Shown: piece by piece, positions 1-9,643 of the stretch | How positions within the stretch are numbered: the stretch's first letter is position 1 | Layout: every line of letters begins with the position of its first letter | Assembly: GCA_903831265.1 (NCBI GenBank) | Contig: CAIKXD010000028.1 | Coordinates: 9,414 to 73,413 of the forward strand | From: an uncultured Bacteroidota bacterium | Lineage (GTDB): Bacteria > Bacteroidota > Bacteroidia > UBA4408 | Length of the DNA stretch: 64,000 bases | Direction of reading: 5' to 3' | Notes under the pieces: model-generated | Told to the model about the DNA's origin: nothing | The model's input: only the letters and a program-made list of their open reading frames with translations | Databases searched by the model: none | Program-made: the position numbers and the translations under genes

Positions 1-212
<212 letters not shown>

Positions 213-295
213 TAAAATTTAAAGACACAAAACAATAAACCTGGTAATTGAAAATACCTTTGTTATTACAAAATAAAAAAAAGCTGCTCAAATTG

Positions 296-2239
296 ATGGG
301 CATGCTTTTTTTGTTGATGATTATTTTATTTTTCTTACTTAGAAATACATTTTTAAACTGGGCAATAGAAAAAGTTGCGCTAAAGTTTAATCAAAAATAC
401 AAGGGAGAATTTCATGTACAAAAAGCAGCATTTACAGGCATAAGCAGTATATTTTTACATGATATTTGCTTAACATCGCCAGCCAAAGACACGCTTATTA
501 CCATTACGGAACTTGACGCCAAAATAAAAATCCTACCGCTTATTTTAGCGCATATAAGGTTGGATGAAGTATTTATTGACTCAACACATATTAAGATTTT
601 TAAAACGGCTAAAAAAGACAATATTTCATTTCTATTAAAGTCGAATAAAAAAGAAAAAAAAGATAGTAGCGATATACAAAAGGGAAATATTGATTTTGGA
701 AATTTAGCTTACGGTTTAATTAAAACAATTTTTGATGTAATTCCACAAAAAGTACAGGTTTTAAGCACTAATATAGAATTAGAAAGAGATACAGCCTTTT
801 TTAAAATAGCTATTGACACGATGAGTTTTACAGATGGGAAATTCCATTGTAATTTCAATACCATTGAAAGCAAAGGTAAAAGTTTATATATTTTAAATGG
901 AGAAGTAGATAAATCGGAAAGGACATTGAGCTTTAGATTATATCCCGCCAAATCGCAACAGCAAACTAGTTTTCCCATTTTAAAAAGCTTTTTAAATTTA
1001 TCTGTGAGTTTCGACACGCTTCTTGTAGCGCTTAATCAAACCGATTATGATAGCGATGTTCTAACACTAGAAGGAAAAGCATTAGTTAAAAAAGGTGCTG
1101 TAAATCATTGGCGTATTTCACCGAAAGATATTTCATTGGATTATGCTCAAATTAATTATAAATTGAATATTGGAGTGGCCGAAATAAGCTTGGATAGCAG
1201 CACCAACATTACATTAAATAAGCTATTGATAAAGCCATTTTTGCATTATCATCACAGTCCTCATAAAACATTAGCCGTAGATTTTAATATCCCATTAACG
1301 GCCTCACAAGATTTTTTTGAGTCGTTACCCAAAGGACTTTTTCAAAATTTAGAAGGTATAAAAACTAAGGGCGATTTAGGTTTTAACCTACACTTTTTTA
1401 TTGATACAAAACAGCCCGACAGCGTTCAATTTATATGCAGTATGCCTAAAAATAAATTCAAAATTTTATCCTACGGCGAAGGGCGATTAAATAAATTAAA
1501 TGAAGAATTTTTATATACAGCATTTGAAAGAGGACATGCTGTAAAAAGTTTTCTTGTTGGCCCATCCAATCCAAATTATATATCACTTGCAGCCATAAGT
1601 CCTTATTTGCAAAATGCATTAATGACTTCTGAGGATGGAAATTTTTATTGGCACAATGGCTTCAACGAAAATGCGTTTAGAAAATCAATTGCCGAAAATT
1701 ATAAGAAAGGGCGCTTTGCTAGAGGCGGCAGCACCATTAGTATGCAATTGGTAAAAAATGTTTTTTTAACCAGAAATAAAACTATTGCTAGAAAAGTTGA
1801 AGAAGCACTCATTGTTTGGTTAATTGAAAGCAATAGAATTGCAAGCAAAGAACGCATGTACGAAGTGTATTTAAACATTATTGAATGGGGGCCAGGCATT
1901 TATGGTGCTGGAGAAGCTTCGGCATACTATTTCAACAAAAAAGCTGCTGATTTAACTTTAGCAGAGAGTATTTATTTAGCCATGATTGTTCCCCGTCCGA
2001 AATGGTTCAAATATAACTTTGATGAAAGCGGAAAATTGAAACCGCATGTAGCAGATTTTTACAGAATAATTGCCAATCATCTGGTGCGAAAAGAAATTAT
2101 TTCGGAAGAACAGAAATTAGCTTTATTGCCAGATATAACCTTAACAGGGCCAGCTAAAGAATTGATTTTGATAAAAGACACTATTACTATTGATTCTCTT
2201 GGTTTACCAGAGATTGATTTGATGTTGGAAGTGGAGTAA
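296..2239 (+). CDS. Transglycosylase (GT51) domain-containing membrane protein with a large N-terminal extension
   Basis: The C-terminal third carries GT51 peptidoglycan glycosyltransferase motifs (SEDGNFYWHNG..., RGGSTISMQLVKN, IESNRIASKERMYEVYLNIIEWG). There is an N-terminal TM/signal segment. The ORF track opens at a TTG at 248; the first in-frame ATG is at 296. Confidence 0.7.
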   Translation: MGMLFLLMIILFFLLRNTFLNWAIEKVALKFNQKYKGEFHVQKAAFTGISSIFLHDICLTSPAKDTLITITELDAKIKILPLILAHIRLDEVFIDSTHIKIFKTAKKDNISFLLKSNKKEKKDSSDIQKGNIDFGNLAYGLIKTIFDVIPQKVQVLSTNIELERDTAFFKIAIDTMSFTDGKFHCNFNTIESKGKSLYILNGEVDKSERTLSFRLYPAKSQQQTSFPILKSFLNLSVSFDTLLVALNQTDYDSDVLTLEGKALVKKGAVNHWRISPKDISLDYAQINYKLNIGVAEISLDSSTNITLNKLLIKPFLHYHHSPHKTLAVDFNIPLTASQDFFESLPKGLFQNLEGIKTKGDLGFNLHFFIDTKQPDSVQFICSMPKNKFKILSYGEGRLNKLNEEFLYTAFERGHAVKSFLVGPSNPNYISLAAISPYLQNALMTSEDGNFYWHNGFNENAFRKSIAENYKKGRFARGGSTISMQLVKNVFLTRNKTIARKVEEALIVWLIESNRIASKERMYEVYLNIIEWGPGIYGAGEASAYYFNKKAADLTLAESIYLAMIVPRPKWFKYNFDESGKLKPHVADFYRIIANHLVRKEIISEEQKLALLPDITLTGPAKELILIKDTITIDSLGLPEIDLMLEVE

Positions 2240-2473
2240 AAAGTGCAAATGAATTCATATTGTATTAAACCCAAATTATGCATTTGAAACCTACTCAAAT
2301 CATTTTTATTCAATCTCAAACATATACCCCCATTTCGGATTTCATAATAGTTCACATTACTTCAATCCAAAATAGTTTGTGAGCACTTGATATTATTGAA
2401 AAATTTTGTTGCCCAACGATTGCAACTGCATAATTTGGGTTTAAGCATTATTTGATGAATTTTTATACTAAAA

Positions 2474-2505
2474 AAGGGCTTACCTGCAAATGCAAGTAAG
2501 CCCTT
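2474..2505. terminator. Intergenic hairpin (aagggcttac...gtaagccctt) flanked by A/T runs; likely bidirectional terminator
   Basis: There is a ~10-13 bp imperfect stem. On the minus strand it is followed by TTTTTT just downstream of the 2530..2727 ORF. It lies between convergent genes. Confidence 0.45.
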
Positions 2506-2529
2506 TACTTTTAAACTAAATGAATTAGT

Positions 2530-2727
2530 TTATTTTCCTTTTCTTCTGTCATTCATTTTTTTAGCACCGTAACCTGCACAAGCAGCAATTACTAGGCTAA
2601 GACCACCATCAATTGGTGTTGAAGTTGGAGGAGGACCAACTGGAGGTTGACCCATTACTGGTAAGAAAATAACTACACCAATAAAAATAAACAACAAAGT
2701 TGCTAAATTGAATTTCATATTTTTCAT
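2530..2727 (-). CDS. Small hypothetical membrane protein (65 aa) translationally coupled to the 1285-aa T9SS cargo gene
   Basis: Its ATG lies 1 nt after the TAA of the upstream giant gene. It has an N-terminal hydrophobic segment, a Pro-rich linker, a second hydrophobic segment and a basic tail (NDRRKGK). There is no recognisable family. Confidence 0.35.
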   Translation of the reverse strand: MKNMKFNLATLLFIFIGVVIFLPVMGQPPVGPPPTSTPIDGGLSLVIAACAGYGAKKMNDRRKGK

Positions 2728-2728
2728 T

Positions 2729-5700
2729 TTATTTAATAATTATTTTCTTTGTTACTAATGAATTATTTGATTGAATTTTAACCATGTAGATTCCTTGAGC
2801 TAAAGAAGGCAATTCTACAGTTGAAATTCCTTTACTTAAATTAACACCTTGTTGCATTAATAGCTTACCTGACATATCGAACAATACAACATCAGAAGCT
2901 GCTGCATCACCGTTATTGATAATACTTAATGACTCATTGTTATTAAAGAAATCAACATCATTTAAACTTACTTCGCTATCAGATAAAGCTACTTCACTAT
3001 TTTCGTAGTTTAAGTAAAATCTGTTGTTGTAAATAGAATTTGATAAAGCCACGCTGTATTTTGCACCAGTCTTTAATTTAACTTTTTTGTTGGCTTCAAC
3101 GTCTACCAAGTAAGCATTCAAATTGTTTTCAGTATTAGAAAATTCGGCCACGCTGAAAGTATAAATACCATCAACCTTAGCAATTAAATGCAATGGAATA
3201 CTTCTAGAAGGAATTAGATTTTCGAATGCCTTAATAGCAAGAATTCTGTTGTCTATAACCATACCTAACTCAGGGTGAGTTTCAGTTGGGTTATTCATCA
3301 TTTTAGCCATATCAATTTCTGGGTTGTAGTTTTCTGTACCGCCATTAACAGTACCAATTGCTAACTGATCAACACCATCTTGATTTTGAACATTTAACTT
3401 AACAATATTTTTAACAACTGCATCTCTATTGAAAGATGGCGAGTTAGAGCCATGTCTGATAGTGTTATCAGTAATTAAAGTACCACCAGCAGGAGTGCTT
3501 GTAGTAATTGCTACAGCTTGAGATGTAAAAATAGTATCAGTCATACCAAAAGTACTTAAGCCTGGAGCAGCACCGTTATAAAAACCGTAACCACTATTTG
3601 CAGCCGACCATCCATAGTATCCATTTTGCAAACTCACCTGACCTGGTAAATTTCTTAAAACCGAAAATCTAATTGGAGATGGATAAGGATTACCAATGAT
3701 ATGAAATCCACCATTTGTAGCAGGAAGTACATTTGACAATGGGCCATTATTTGCAGGACCAGTTACATCAAGTGTTCTTGCTAAAGAATTATGCAAAGTA
3801 GCAGAATATCCTACCAATGAATTTGATATTGGCTGACCAACCGCACTTTCCCAAGGAGTTACAGGAAGCGTGTTAGCTTCGTCATATGTCCAAATAGTTG
3901 GTGCATTTGGAGGCGCTGGAAGAGCCACGTTAGTTGCATAAGTATAAGGAAATAAACCTTGAACAACATAATCATCACCCCAAGCAGTTGTTGTAGTTAA
4001 GCCAGAAACTGGGCAAGAAATATATCTTGTTTTTGCTGGTGTAGCAGTAAGATATCTTTCTACAGTAACATTACCAGTTACGTTTGCAGTACCTGCACCA
4101 CTAATAATTCCTTGTCTTGTTGGGTTTGAAGATAATATCAAAAATCCATTACTATTTAAAGTTCCGTCAGTTACTGTAACAGTTCCTAAAACTTTCAAAG
4201 TTGATAAAAGCGTTGAAGTTGTAGAAGGCGTATTAATAGTTAAGTTATTAATAAAGCCATTGTTTTTTAAATTACCAACTGAACCAGAACCTGTAAAGTT
4301 AAAATTAGCATCAGTACCGAAAGAGCTAAATGATCCAGTACCAGTAATTGTCCCAGAAAAGTTAGCTGTTAAAGCAGCAGCGCCAAATTTATAACTAGCA
4401 GAACCAACCAAGTTTAAATTTACAAAACTGATATTTTTTTGTACAGTTAAAGTAACACCTGTTGAAACAGTAACAGCACCTAAAGGCAAGCTTAATAAGC
4501 TAATTGCTCCAGTTCCTGTACCACCAATTGTTCCACTACTTAAGAAGTTGATGTTACCGCTACCAGCAGTAATTGATAATGGATTATTTGAGTTATTAGT
4601 AATACCACCAGTTAAGTTTATTGCAGATGAACCAGTTCCATTTACAGTGAATTGACCAGTTGATGAAATTGTTAAACTAGTCATTGAAAGTGCGCCTGTT
4701 AAAGAAGTTGTAATAGAGGCACCAATAGTTAAGTTTCTGTATGTTCTTCCATTTACTTCAAAGCCATTAACAGTGTTAAATGTTTGGTTACTTCCTGGTC
4801 TAAATTCAACTGCACTTAAAGGTGCAAATTTTTGGAAAGGATTTTCACCACCATTATGAATGTAACTTGCTCCTGTTTCGAATTGAACTGAATTAGTTAT
4901 TGCAGTTGGACCACCAAAAGCAGCACCCAAGTAACTAACACCTGTAGTAAAAGAAGATCCAGTTTTAAATTTAACTGCACCAGCCACACTACCAATAATA
5001 CTTGAACCTGTATTTGAAATAACAGCACCAAAAATATTTGCAGTAGCATTTCCAACAAGTTTTATTGCTGAACCAACACCACCATTAATAGTTAAAGTTG
5101 AACCTGCATCTACTCTAAAATCATCGGAAGTTAATGAGTTACCATTAACTAATAATGAACTAGCGCCATCAATAAATAACGTAACGTTAGAATTATTTTG
5201 TATTTGTAGTGTACCTATAGTTTGTGCAGGTACATTGTCAATTACAGAAACTGAAGAAACTGTAGCACCAATAACTAATCTATCGTCAGCAGAAGGATTT
5301 GTTCTTGATGGTGTCCAATTTGCTGCTGTATTATAGTTGAATGGACCAGCACCAGCTTGATTCCAATTATATACAGTACCAGTATTAGAGGTAATTTGAC
5401 TTGCATTAGCTGTTGAAGAAATAAAATAGTTTTCACCTCCTGCAGCACCGTTATATTCAATGGCTCTAAAGTGATAAGTAGTATTTGGAGTTAAACCAGT
5501 TACTGTAACCACATTTCCTGTGCCATTGTTATTATAAACAACCCAATTACCTGATCCTAATTGATCACCTAAAGAGATAGCTGAATTAGCTACGTAGGTA
5601 GTTGCATCAGTTGGGTTAGTGTTTACTAAGCTACCTGATTTGATAAGCAATAATCTTTTAGCACCATTTCCACCACTCAAATTTACTTGAATTGAATTAG

Positions 5701-6586
5701 AAGAAACCGAACCAAAAGTAATAGTACCATTTGAAGTTGGCTCACCACCTAAAGTAACACCTAAATCACCTTTTAAACTAGGAATTGAAAGTTCAGCACC
5801 TGTAGGATTTAAAGCTACATAATTTCTAACTATAGTTCCAGCATCATTAGTGATTTGCAAATTTAACTCATAATGTACAGTTCCAGTAGTAGTTACCTGA
5901 CCTAAAAATACTCTGTTTGTACTTGTTGGCCCTGACATACCTGCAGTTCCTGAAGCAGCTAATACCGCAATTGAACCATTAGATAAGATAAAACTTCCAC
6001 TAGCTTGACTAACATCGCCAAAAACATTATTGATTGCCAATAAAGTTGCAGCATCAGCAGCAATTTGAACATCTTGTAAAGTACCATTAGTAAATCCATC
6101 TCTAGTGTTAAGTGTAGCACCTATAGAAGGGTCATTGTTTAACAATAAACCATTTGCATTTACTACAGTTCCAACGCCATTATCTTCTGTTTTCAAAATA
6201 CCTACTTGCGAAGTAGCTGGGTTGTTATTGTTAGTAGTAGCACCAATTGATAAATATGAATCAAGCATTACTGTATTATCAGCAGCTTGCGCTTTTGTCC
6301 AATTTGGTATTGAAGCACCTCTATCTGTATTATTGAAAAAGGTACTAGAGCTAACAAACTTTAGATCATGACCTGAAGTACCATAAACAGCTTGTAATTT
6401 AAAGCCAGTTGAAAGATCTGCAAAGAATCTATACGTAACAGATCCAACCGGTAAAGTACCCGCACTTCCTGCTGCATCAGCTGCATTAGAAACGTAGTAC
6501 TTCTCAACGATTATATTCTCTAACCCTTGCGCAAAGGAAAAACTCCCTGTTGCAACAAGCATTAGCATGATTAGTATTTTTTTCAT
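2729..6586 (-). CDS. Giant (1285 aa) T/S/N/G-rich secreted surface protein, T9SS cargo, with the conserved N-terminal 'VEKYY' paralog domain
   Basis: Signal peptide MKKILIMLMLVATGSFSFAQ. The N-terminal ~270 aa align with the 367/368/457-aa paralogs (IIVEKYY...LPVGSVTYR...NTVMLDSYLS...GILKTEDNG...TNRV...LN). A long low-complexity beta-rich body follows. The C-terminal T9SS sorting domain is ...LAQGIYMVKIQSNNSLVTKKIIIK. Confidence 0.85.
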   Translation of the reverse strand: MKKILIMLMLVATGSFSFAQGLENIIVEKYYVSNAADAAGSAGTLPVGSVTYRFFADLSTGFKLQAVYGTSGHDLKFVSSSTFFNNTDRGASIPNWTKAQAADNTVMLDSYLSIGATTNNNNPATSQVGILKTEDNGVGTVVNANGLLLNNDPSIGATLNTRDGFTNGTLQDVQIAADAATLLAINNVFGDVSQASGSFILSNGSIAVLAASGTAGMSGPTSTNRVFLGQVTTTGTVHYELNLQITNDAGTIVRNYVALNPTGAELSIPSLKGDLGVTLGGEPTSNGTITFGSVSSNSIQVNLSGGNGAKRLLLIKSGSLVNTNPTDATTYVANSAISLGDQLGSGNWVVYNNNGTGNVVTVTGLTPNTTYHFRAIEYNGAAGGENYFISSTANASQITSNTGTVYNWNQAGAGPFNYNTAANWTPSRTNPSADDRLVIGATVSSVSVIDNVPAQTIGTLQIQNNSNVTLFIDGASSLLVNGNSLTSDDFRVDAGSTLTINGGVGSAIKLVGNATANIFGAVISNTGSSIIGSVAGAVKFKTGSSFTTGVSYLGAAFGGPTAITNSVQFETGASYIHNGGENPFQKFAPLSAVEFRPGSNQTFNTVNGFEVNGRTYRNLTIGASITTSLTGALSMTSLTISSTGQFTVNGTGSSAINLTGGITNNSNNPLSITAGSGNINFLSSGTIGGTGTGAISLLSLPLGAVTVSTGVTLTVQKNISFVNLNLVGSASYKFGAAALTANFSGTITGTGSFSSFGTDANFNFTGSGSVGNLKNNGFINNLTINTPSTTSTLLSTLKVLGTVTVTDGTLNSNGFLILSSNPTRQGIISGAGTANVTGNVTVERYLTATPAKTRYISCPVSGLTTTTAWGDDYVVQGLFPYTYATNVALPAPPNAPTIWTYDEANTLPVTPWESAVGQPISNSLVGYSATLHNSLARTLDVTGPANNGPLSNVLPATNGGFHIIGNPYPSPIRFSVLRNLPGQVSLQNGYYGWSAANSGYGFYNGAAPGLSTFGMTDTIFTSQAVAITTSTPAGGTLITDNTIRHGSNSPSFNRDAVVKNIVKLNVQNQDGVDQLAIGTVNGGTENYNPEIDMAKMMNNPTETHPELGMVIDNRILAIKAFENLIPSRSIPLHLIAKVDGIYTFSVAEFSNTENNLNAYLVDVEANKKVKLKTGAKYSVALSNSIYNNRFYLNYENSEVALSDSEVSLNDVDFFNNNESLSIINNGDAAASDVVLFDMSGKLLMQQGVNLSKGISTVELPSLAQGIYMVKIQSNNSLVTKKIIIK

Positions 6587-6616
6587 ATTAATATTTTATT
6601 AAAATTATTGTAATAA

Positions 6617-8284
6617 TTAATCGCAAGATTGATTGAATTCTCCTAATAATTGAAGGAAATCTGCATTGTTTGTAACACCATCGGTATTTACATCGGTAGG
6701 GCAAGCAACAATACCTGAAGTAGCTGCAACTATATTTAAAATAGCCCAATCAGATAACCATGATTTTTTACCTGGCTCAAATGCACCTCTGTAATTTGCA
6801 GCTGTATAAAAACCATCAACTGGAGCAGCACATGTAGTAGCAACTAAATCTGGAACAGCGTCATATTTATCAGTTACAGCATTAGTAGCATAATCCATTA
6901 CATAAGTATAGTCGAAATTTGGCAAAGAAGCTACTGAAGTATTATTATCAGTTGTAAACTTTGTGTTATCTAATGCTAATGTACCGTATGTATATACAGA
7001 GTTGTTTTCTATTGCCAATGGAATTGAGCAATTTACAAAAGTATTACATTTAATTTGTAGTGTTCCGCTTGTTGCAAAACCTGCTTGCCAGTTACCATAA
7101 GCTTCGTTTGAACCATCTGATGTGTTTGCTGGAGGTCTGCTGTTTTTGATTTTATCAATAACAACACCTCTTTCATAGTTTGCAACGATGCAATTATAAA
7201 CTTCACCTTCTGTTCTTTCTTTAAAATTAAAACCAGCATCGCCAGAGTTATCAGCAGTAGCAGCACTTTGTGGTCTACCGATAAATGTTCCATTATATAA
7301 TTTTGGATGTGATCTTGGTGTAAGATTTGTAGTGTTATCATCACCATCAGCTTCAATACCATTATCAGTTAAAGTGTTACCACCATTATGTCTGTTTAGG
7401 TTAAAGAAAAATTGCACTTTACCAGTCCAACCTAAATCCCAGTCTAAAGCATCATCATCACCCCAATAAGTAGCGATATATTTTAAATTTACATTTCCAC
7501 CAAATAATTCGATACCGTCATCTGCAAAAGAGGTTACTTCAATATGATCAATAGTTGTACCTTGACCAACTGAACATAAAGTTAATGAATTTAACTCGTT
7601 ACCTGCTGCAATAATATCTCCAGCATGTCTGATAGAAATGTATCTCATGATACCTGAATTATCGTTAGCATCAGATCCACCATACCATGTTCTAGCATCT
7701 AACTCAGCATTTGAAATACCTTCTGGAGCACCTGTTCCATCTGGCTGACCTGCCACTTGTAAACCTGAAGCATTTGCAGAAGTTAAGTTGTTTGGTGCTT
7801 TACCACAAACTAAAATACCACCCCATTTACCACCATTTACACCACCTGCATTGTTATTGTAGTTACCAAGAATGTTATCGCTTGTAATATCTTCTTCAGC
7901 AGTAAAAACAATTTGACAAGTTGGTGAACCTGCTGCAATTATTTGACCACCTCTTTCAATAACTAAAGCTGATGCTTGACCACCACCTGGGTTATTTAAA
8001 TCGCGACCTAAAATAACGGTACCTGGATTAATAGTAATTGTTTTGTTGTTTGGTACGTAAATTTTTTCTTTAATCAAGTAATTGTTGTTGCAAGTTAATA
8101 CTGTATTTACAGCATTTAACTCCCCAAGAGTTGCCAATGTTGACAAGTCAACTGTTGGACGTGTGTTTACCGGAGGACAACCGCAATCAGCCCCCAAATT
8201 GTTTTGATTTTGCGCCTCGCTGCTTGTAGTTGCAAGGGTTAAAACAGCCGCTAGGCTAAGTAATTTTGATACTGTTTTTTTCAT
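6617..8284 (-). CDS. Secreted 555-aa protein, paralog of 17446..19122, from an unnamed TonB-dependent-receptor-associated family; dockerin-like C-terminus
   Basis: It has a signal peptide. Blocks shared with the 558-aa paralog include NSG.(M/L)RY.SIRH.G..IA.GNELN.LTL..VG..TTI...E...DDGIE(L/F)FGG.VN.KY...DD..DWD..WTGK.QF. The C-terminus TDVNTDGVTNNADFLQLLGEF resembles a single dockerin/EF-hand loop rather than a T9SS C-terminal sorting domain. Confidence 0.8.
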   Translation of the reverse strand: MKKTVSKLLSLAAVLTLATTSSEAQNQNNLGADCGCPPVNTRPTVDLSTLATLGELNAVNTVLTCNNNYLIKEKIYVPNNKTITINPGTVILGRDLNNPGGGQASALVIERGGQIIAAGSPTCQIVFTAEEDITSDNILGNYNNNAGGVNGGKWGGILVCGKAPNNLTSANASGLQVAGQPDGTGAPEGISNAELDARTWYGGSDANDNSGIMRYISIRHAGDIIAAGNELNSLTLCSVGQGTTIDHIEVTSFADDGIELFGGNVNLKYIATYWGDDDALDWDLGWTGKVQFFFNLNRHNGGNTLTDNGIEADGDDNTTNLTPRSHPKLYNGTFIGRPQSAATADNSGDAGFNFKERTEGEVYNCIVANYERGVVIDKIKNSRPPANTSDGSNEAYGNWQAGFATSGTLQIKCNTFVNCSIPLAIENNSVYTYGTLALDNTKFTTDNNTSVASLPNFDYTYVMDYATNAVTDKYDAVPDLVATTCAAPVDGFYTAANYRGAFEPGKKSWLSDWAILNIVAATSGIVACPTDVNTDGVTNNADFLQLLGEFNQSCD

Positions 8285-8468
8285 TGTTTTGGTTTTAAAT
8301 AATTAATTGGATTAGTAAATTTTACGTGTACAAAGATGATTTATAACCTTAAAAATAATGGTTGATTTTCTTTATGTTATCTTTACTAAAACAAATACAA
8401 AAAGACAAGAGAGTATTAACACAATGTTAATAGCAAGCGCACTTTGCTAATGAAATATTAACATTGAT

Positions 8469-8819
8469 TTATTTTGTATCTGTTCCGAAGTAAATGTGGG
8501 AATCTTGATAAAACTCGTCAAATAAATTTTTAAATTCTTGTAATTTAACCCAGTTAATTTTATAGATACTGGCTTGATTTCTTCCCACTGAAAAACGGGT
8601 AATTAAGCCTCCCTTATTTAAGGCTCTTAAATTTTTTTTTAATACAGTTACGCTAATTTGATGTTTAGCAATAAATTCATCATCGAAACAACTTTTATTT
8701 TTTGCTATACATTCAATAATGGCTACGCGAATGGGGTTGCCCATTAAGATACTTATTTTACCTATAGTAGTTTGCCTGTGCGTAAAATAGGGCAACACTC
8801 CTTTTTCTATAGAAAGCAT
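8469..8819 (-). CDS. Small winged-HTH transcriptional regulator, ArsR/SmtB-like
   Basis: The 116-aa protein contains ...GNPIRVAIIECIAK.....DEFIAKHQISVTVLKKNLRALNKGGLITRF.VGRNQ.SIYKIN, which fits an ArsR-type helix-turn-helix. The assignment is by motif only. Confidence 0.5.
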   Translation of the reverse strand: MLSIEKGVLPYFTHRQTTIGKISILMGNPIRVAIIECIAKNKSCFDDEFIAKHQISVTVLKKNLRALNKGGLITRFSVGRNQASIYKINWVKLQEFKNLFDEFYQDSHIYFGTDTK

Positions 8820-8869
8820 TTATAAAGTTGATGAAATTTTAGAAATAATTGATAATGATTAAATATACC

Positions 8870-9631
8870 TTAGTCCTTAACACATCTTACACTTAAGCCA
8901 CAGTTTTTGTAGTCTTGATGCCTAAAAACTTTAGTACTTTTATAATCAAGGTACCTGTAAAAAGCTTTGCCATTTTCAGTTGCTGTTGAAGTCCACCAAA
9001 ATCCTGTTAGTTTTAAGCCTGGTTCACCCCAAATTCCATTTTGCTTTCTGCAACTTCCGGCTAGCGCCGAAAAACCACTTTCGTTGGTTGGCCAATTTTC
9101 AACTTCAGTTAACCAACCTTTTTTGCCCTCTAACTTGAGTTTACTTCCTTGATCAGTGCCTCTCCATCCAGTTTTTTCGATATCCGTTTGGGTCATTCCT
9201 AAAGATAATTCTAAAGCTTGCCAATCTTGTTCTGTAGCAATGTGCCAGCCAGCTGGAGCAATTTTTCTATTATCATTAACAGCAAACCAATTATACAACA
9301 AGCCCGGTGAGTTAACATCATTCTTATAGCTGCAATAGCCAGCTATGGAATCTTTCCAAAATTCATCAGAGGCTGCATTTCTAATTGGCGTTCCATCATT
9401 GTATGATTTTACACTTAAATTTTCTGCCATCCACCATTGATTGCCAATTTTTACAATCTTGTAATAATTGCTATCTACATCCATAATGGAATCATAAATT
9501 GGCGAGGGCACCAATTTAATTTCATCCTTTTTACAACTAAAAGGAATAAACATAACATTACAAATTAGCAATACTATTAGCAGCGGGTAAAAAAATGATT
9601 TTAAATATTTTTCTTGAAACAATCGTAACAT
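8870..9631 (-). CDS. FISUMP (Fibrobacter succinogenes major paralogous domain, TIGR02145) lipoprotein
   Basis: There is a lipoprotein signal (FIPFSCKKD). The hallmark FISUMP motifs are present: KIGNQWWMAENL, GLLYNWFAV, APAGWHIATEQDWQALE, SGFSALAGSCR, GFWWTST. Confidence 0.8.
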   Translation of the reverse strand: MLRLFQEKYLKSFFYPLLIVLLICNVMFIPFSCKKDEIKLVPSPIYDSIMDVDSNYYKIVKIGNQWWMAENLSVKSYNDGTPIRNAASDEFWKDSIAGYCSYKNDVNSPGLLYNWFAVNDNRKIAPAGWHIATEQDWQALELSLGMTQTDIEKTGWRGTDQGSKLKLEGKKGWLTEVENWPTNESGFSALAGSCRKQNGIWGEPGLKLTGFWWTSTATENGKAFYRYLDYKSTKVFRHQDYKNCGLSVRCVKD

Positions 9632-9643
9632 GGTATTTTATAA

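Noticed and set aside
5275-5460. Short ORFs antisense or out-of-frame inside the large cargo and receptor genes
   Set aside because: Examples are 412..621, 709..1017, 5275..5460, 6105..6371, 7033..7362, 10479..10697, 15674..15871, 18025..18210 and 20015..20197. They are fully nested in long, well-supported genes with recognisable domains. Their sequence is low-complexity and typical of frame-shifted AT-rich DNA. They have no signal or domain content.
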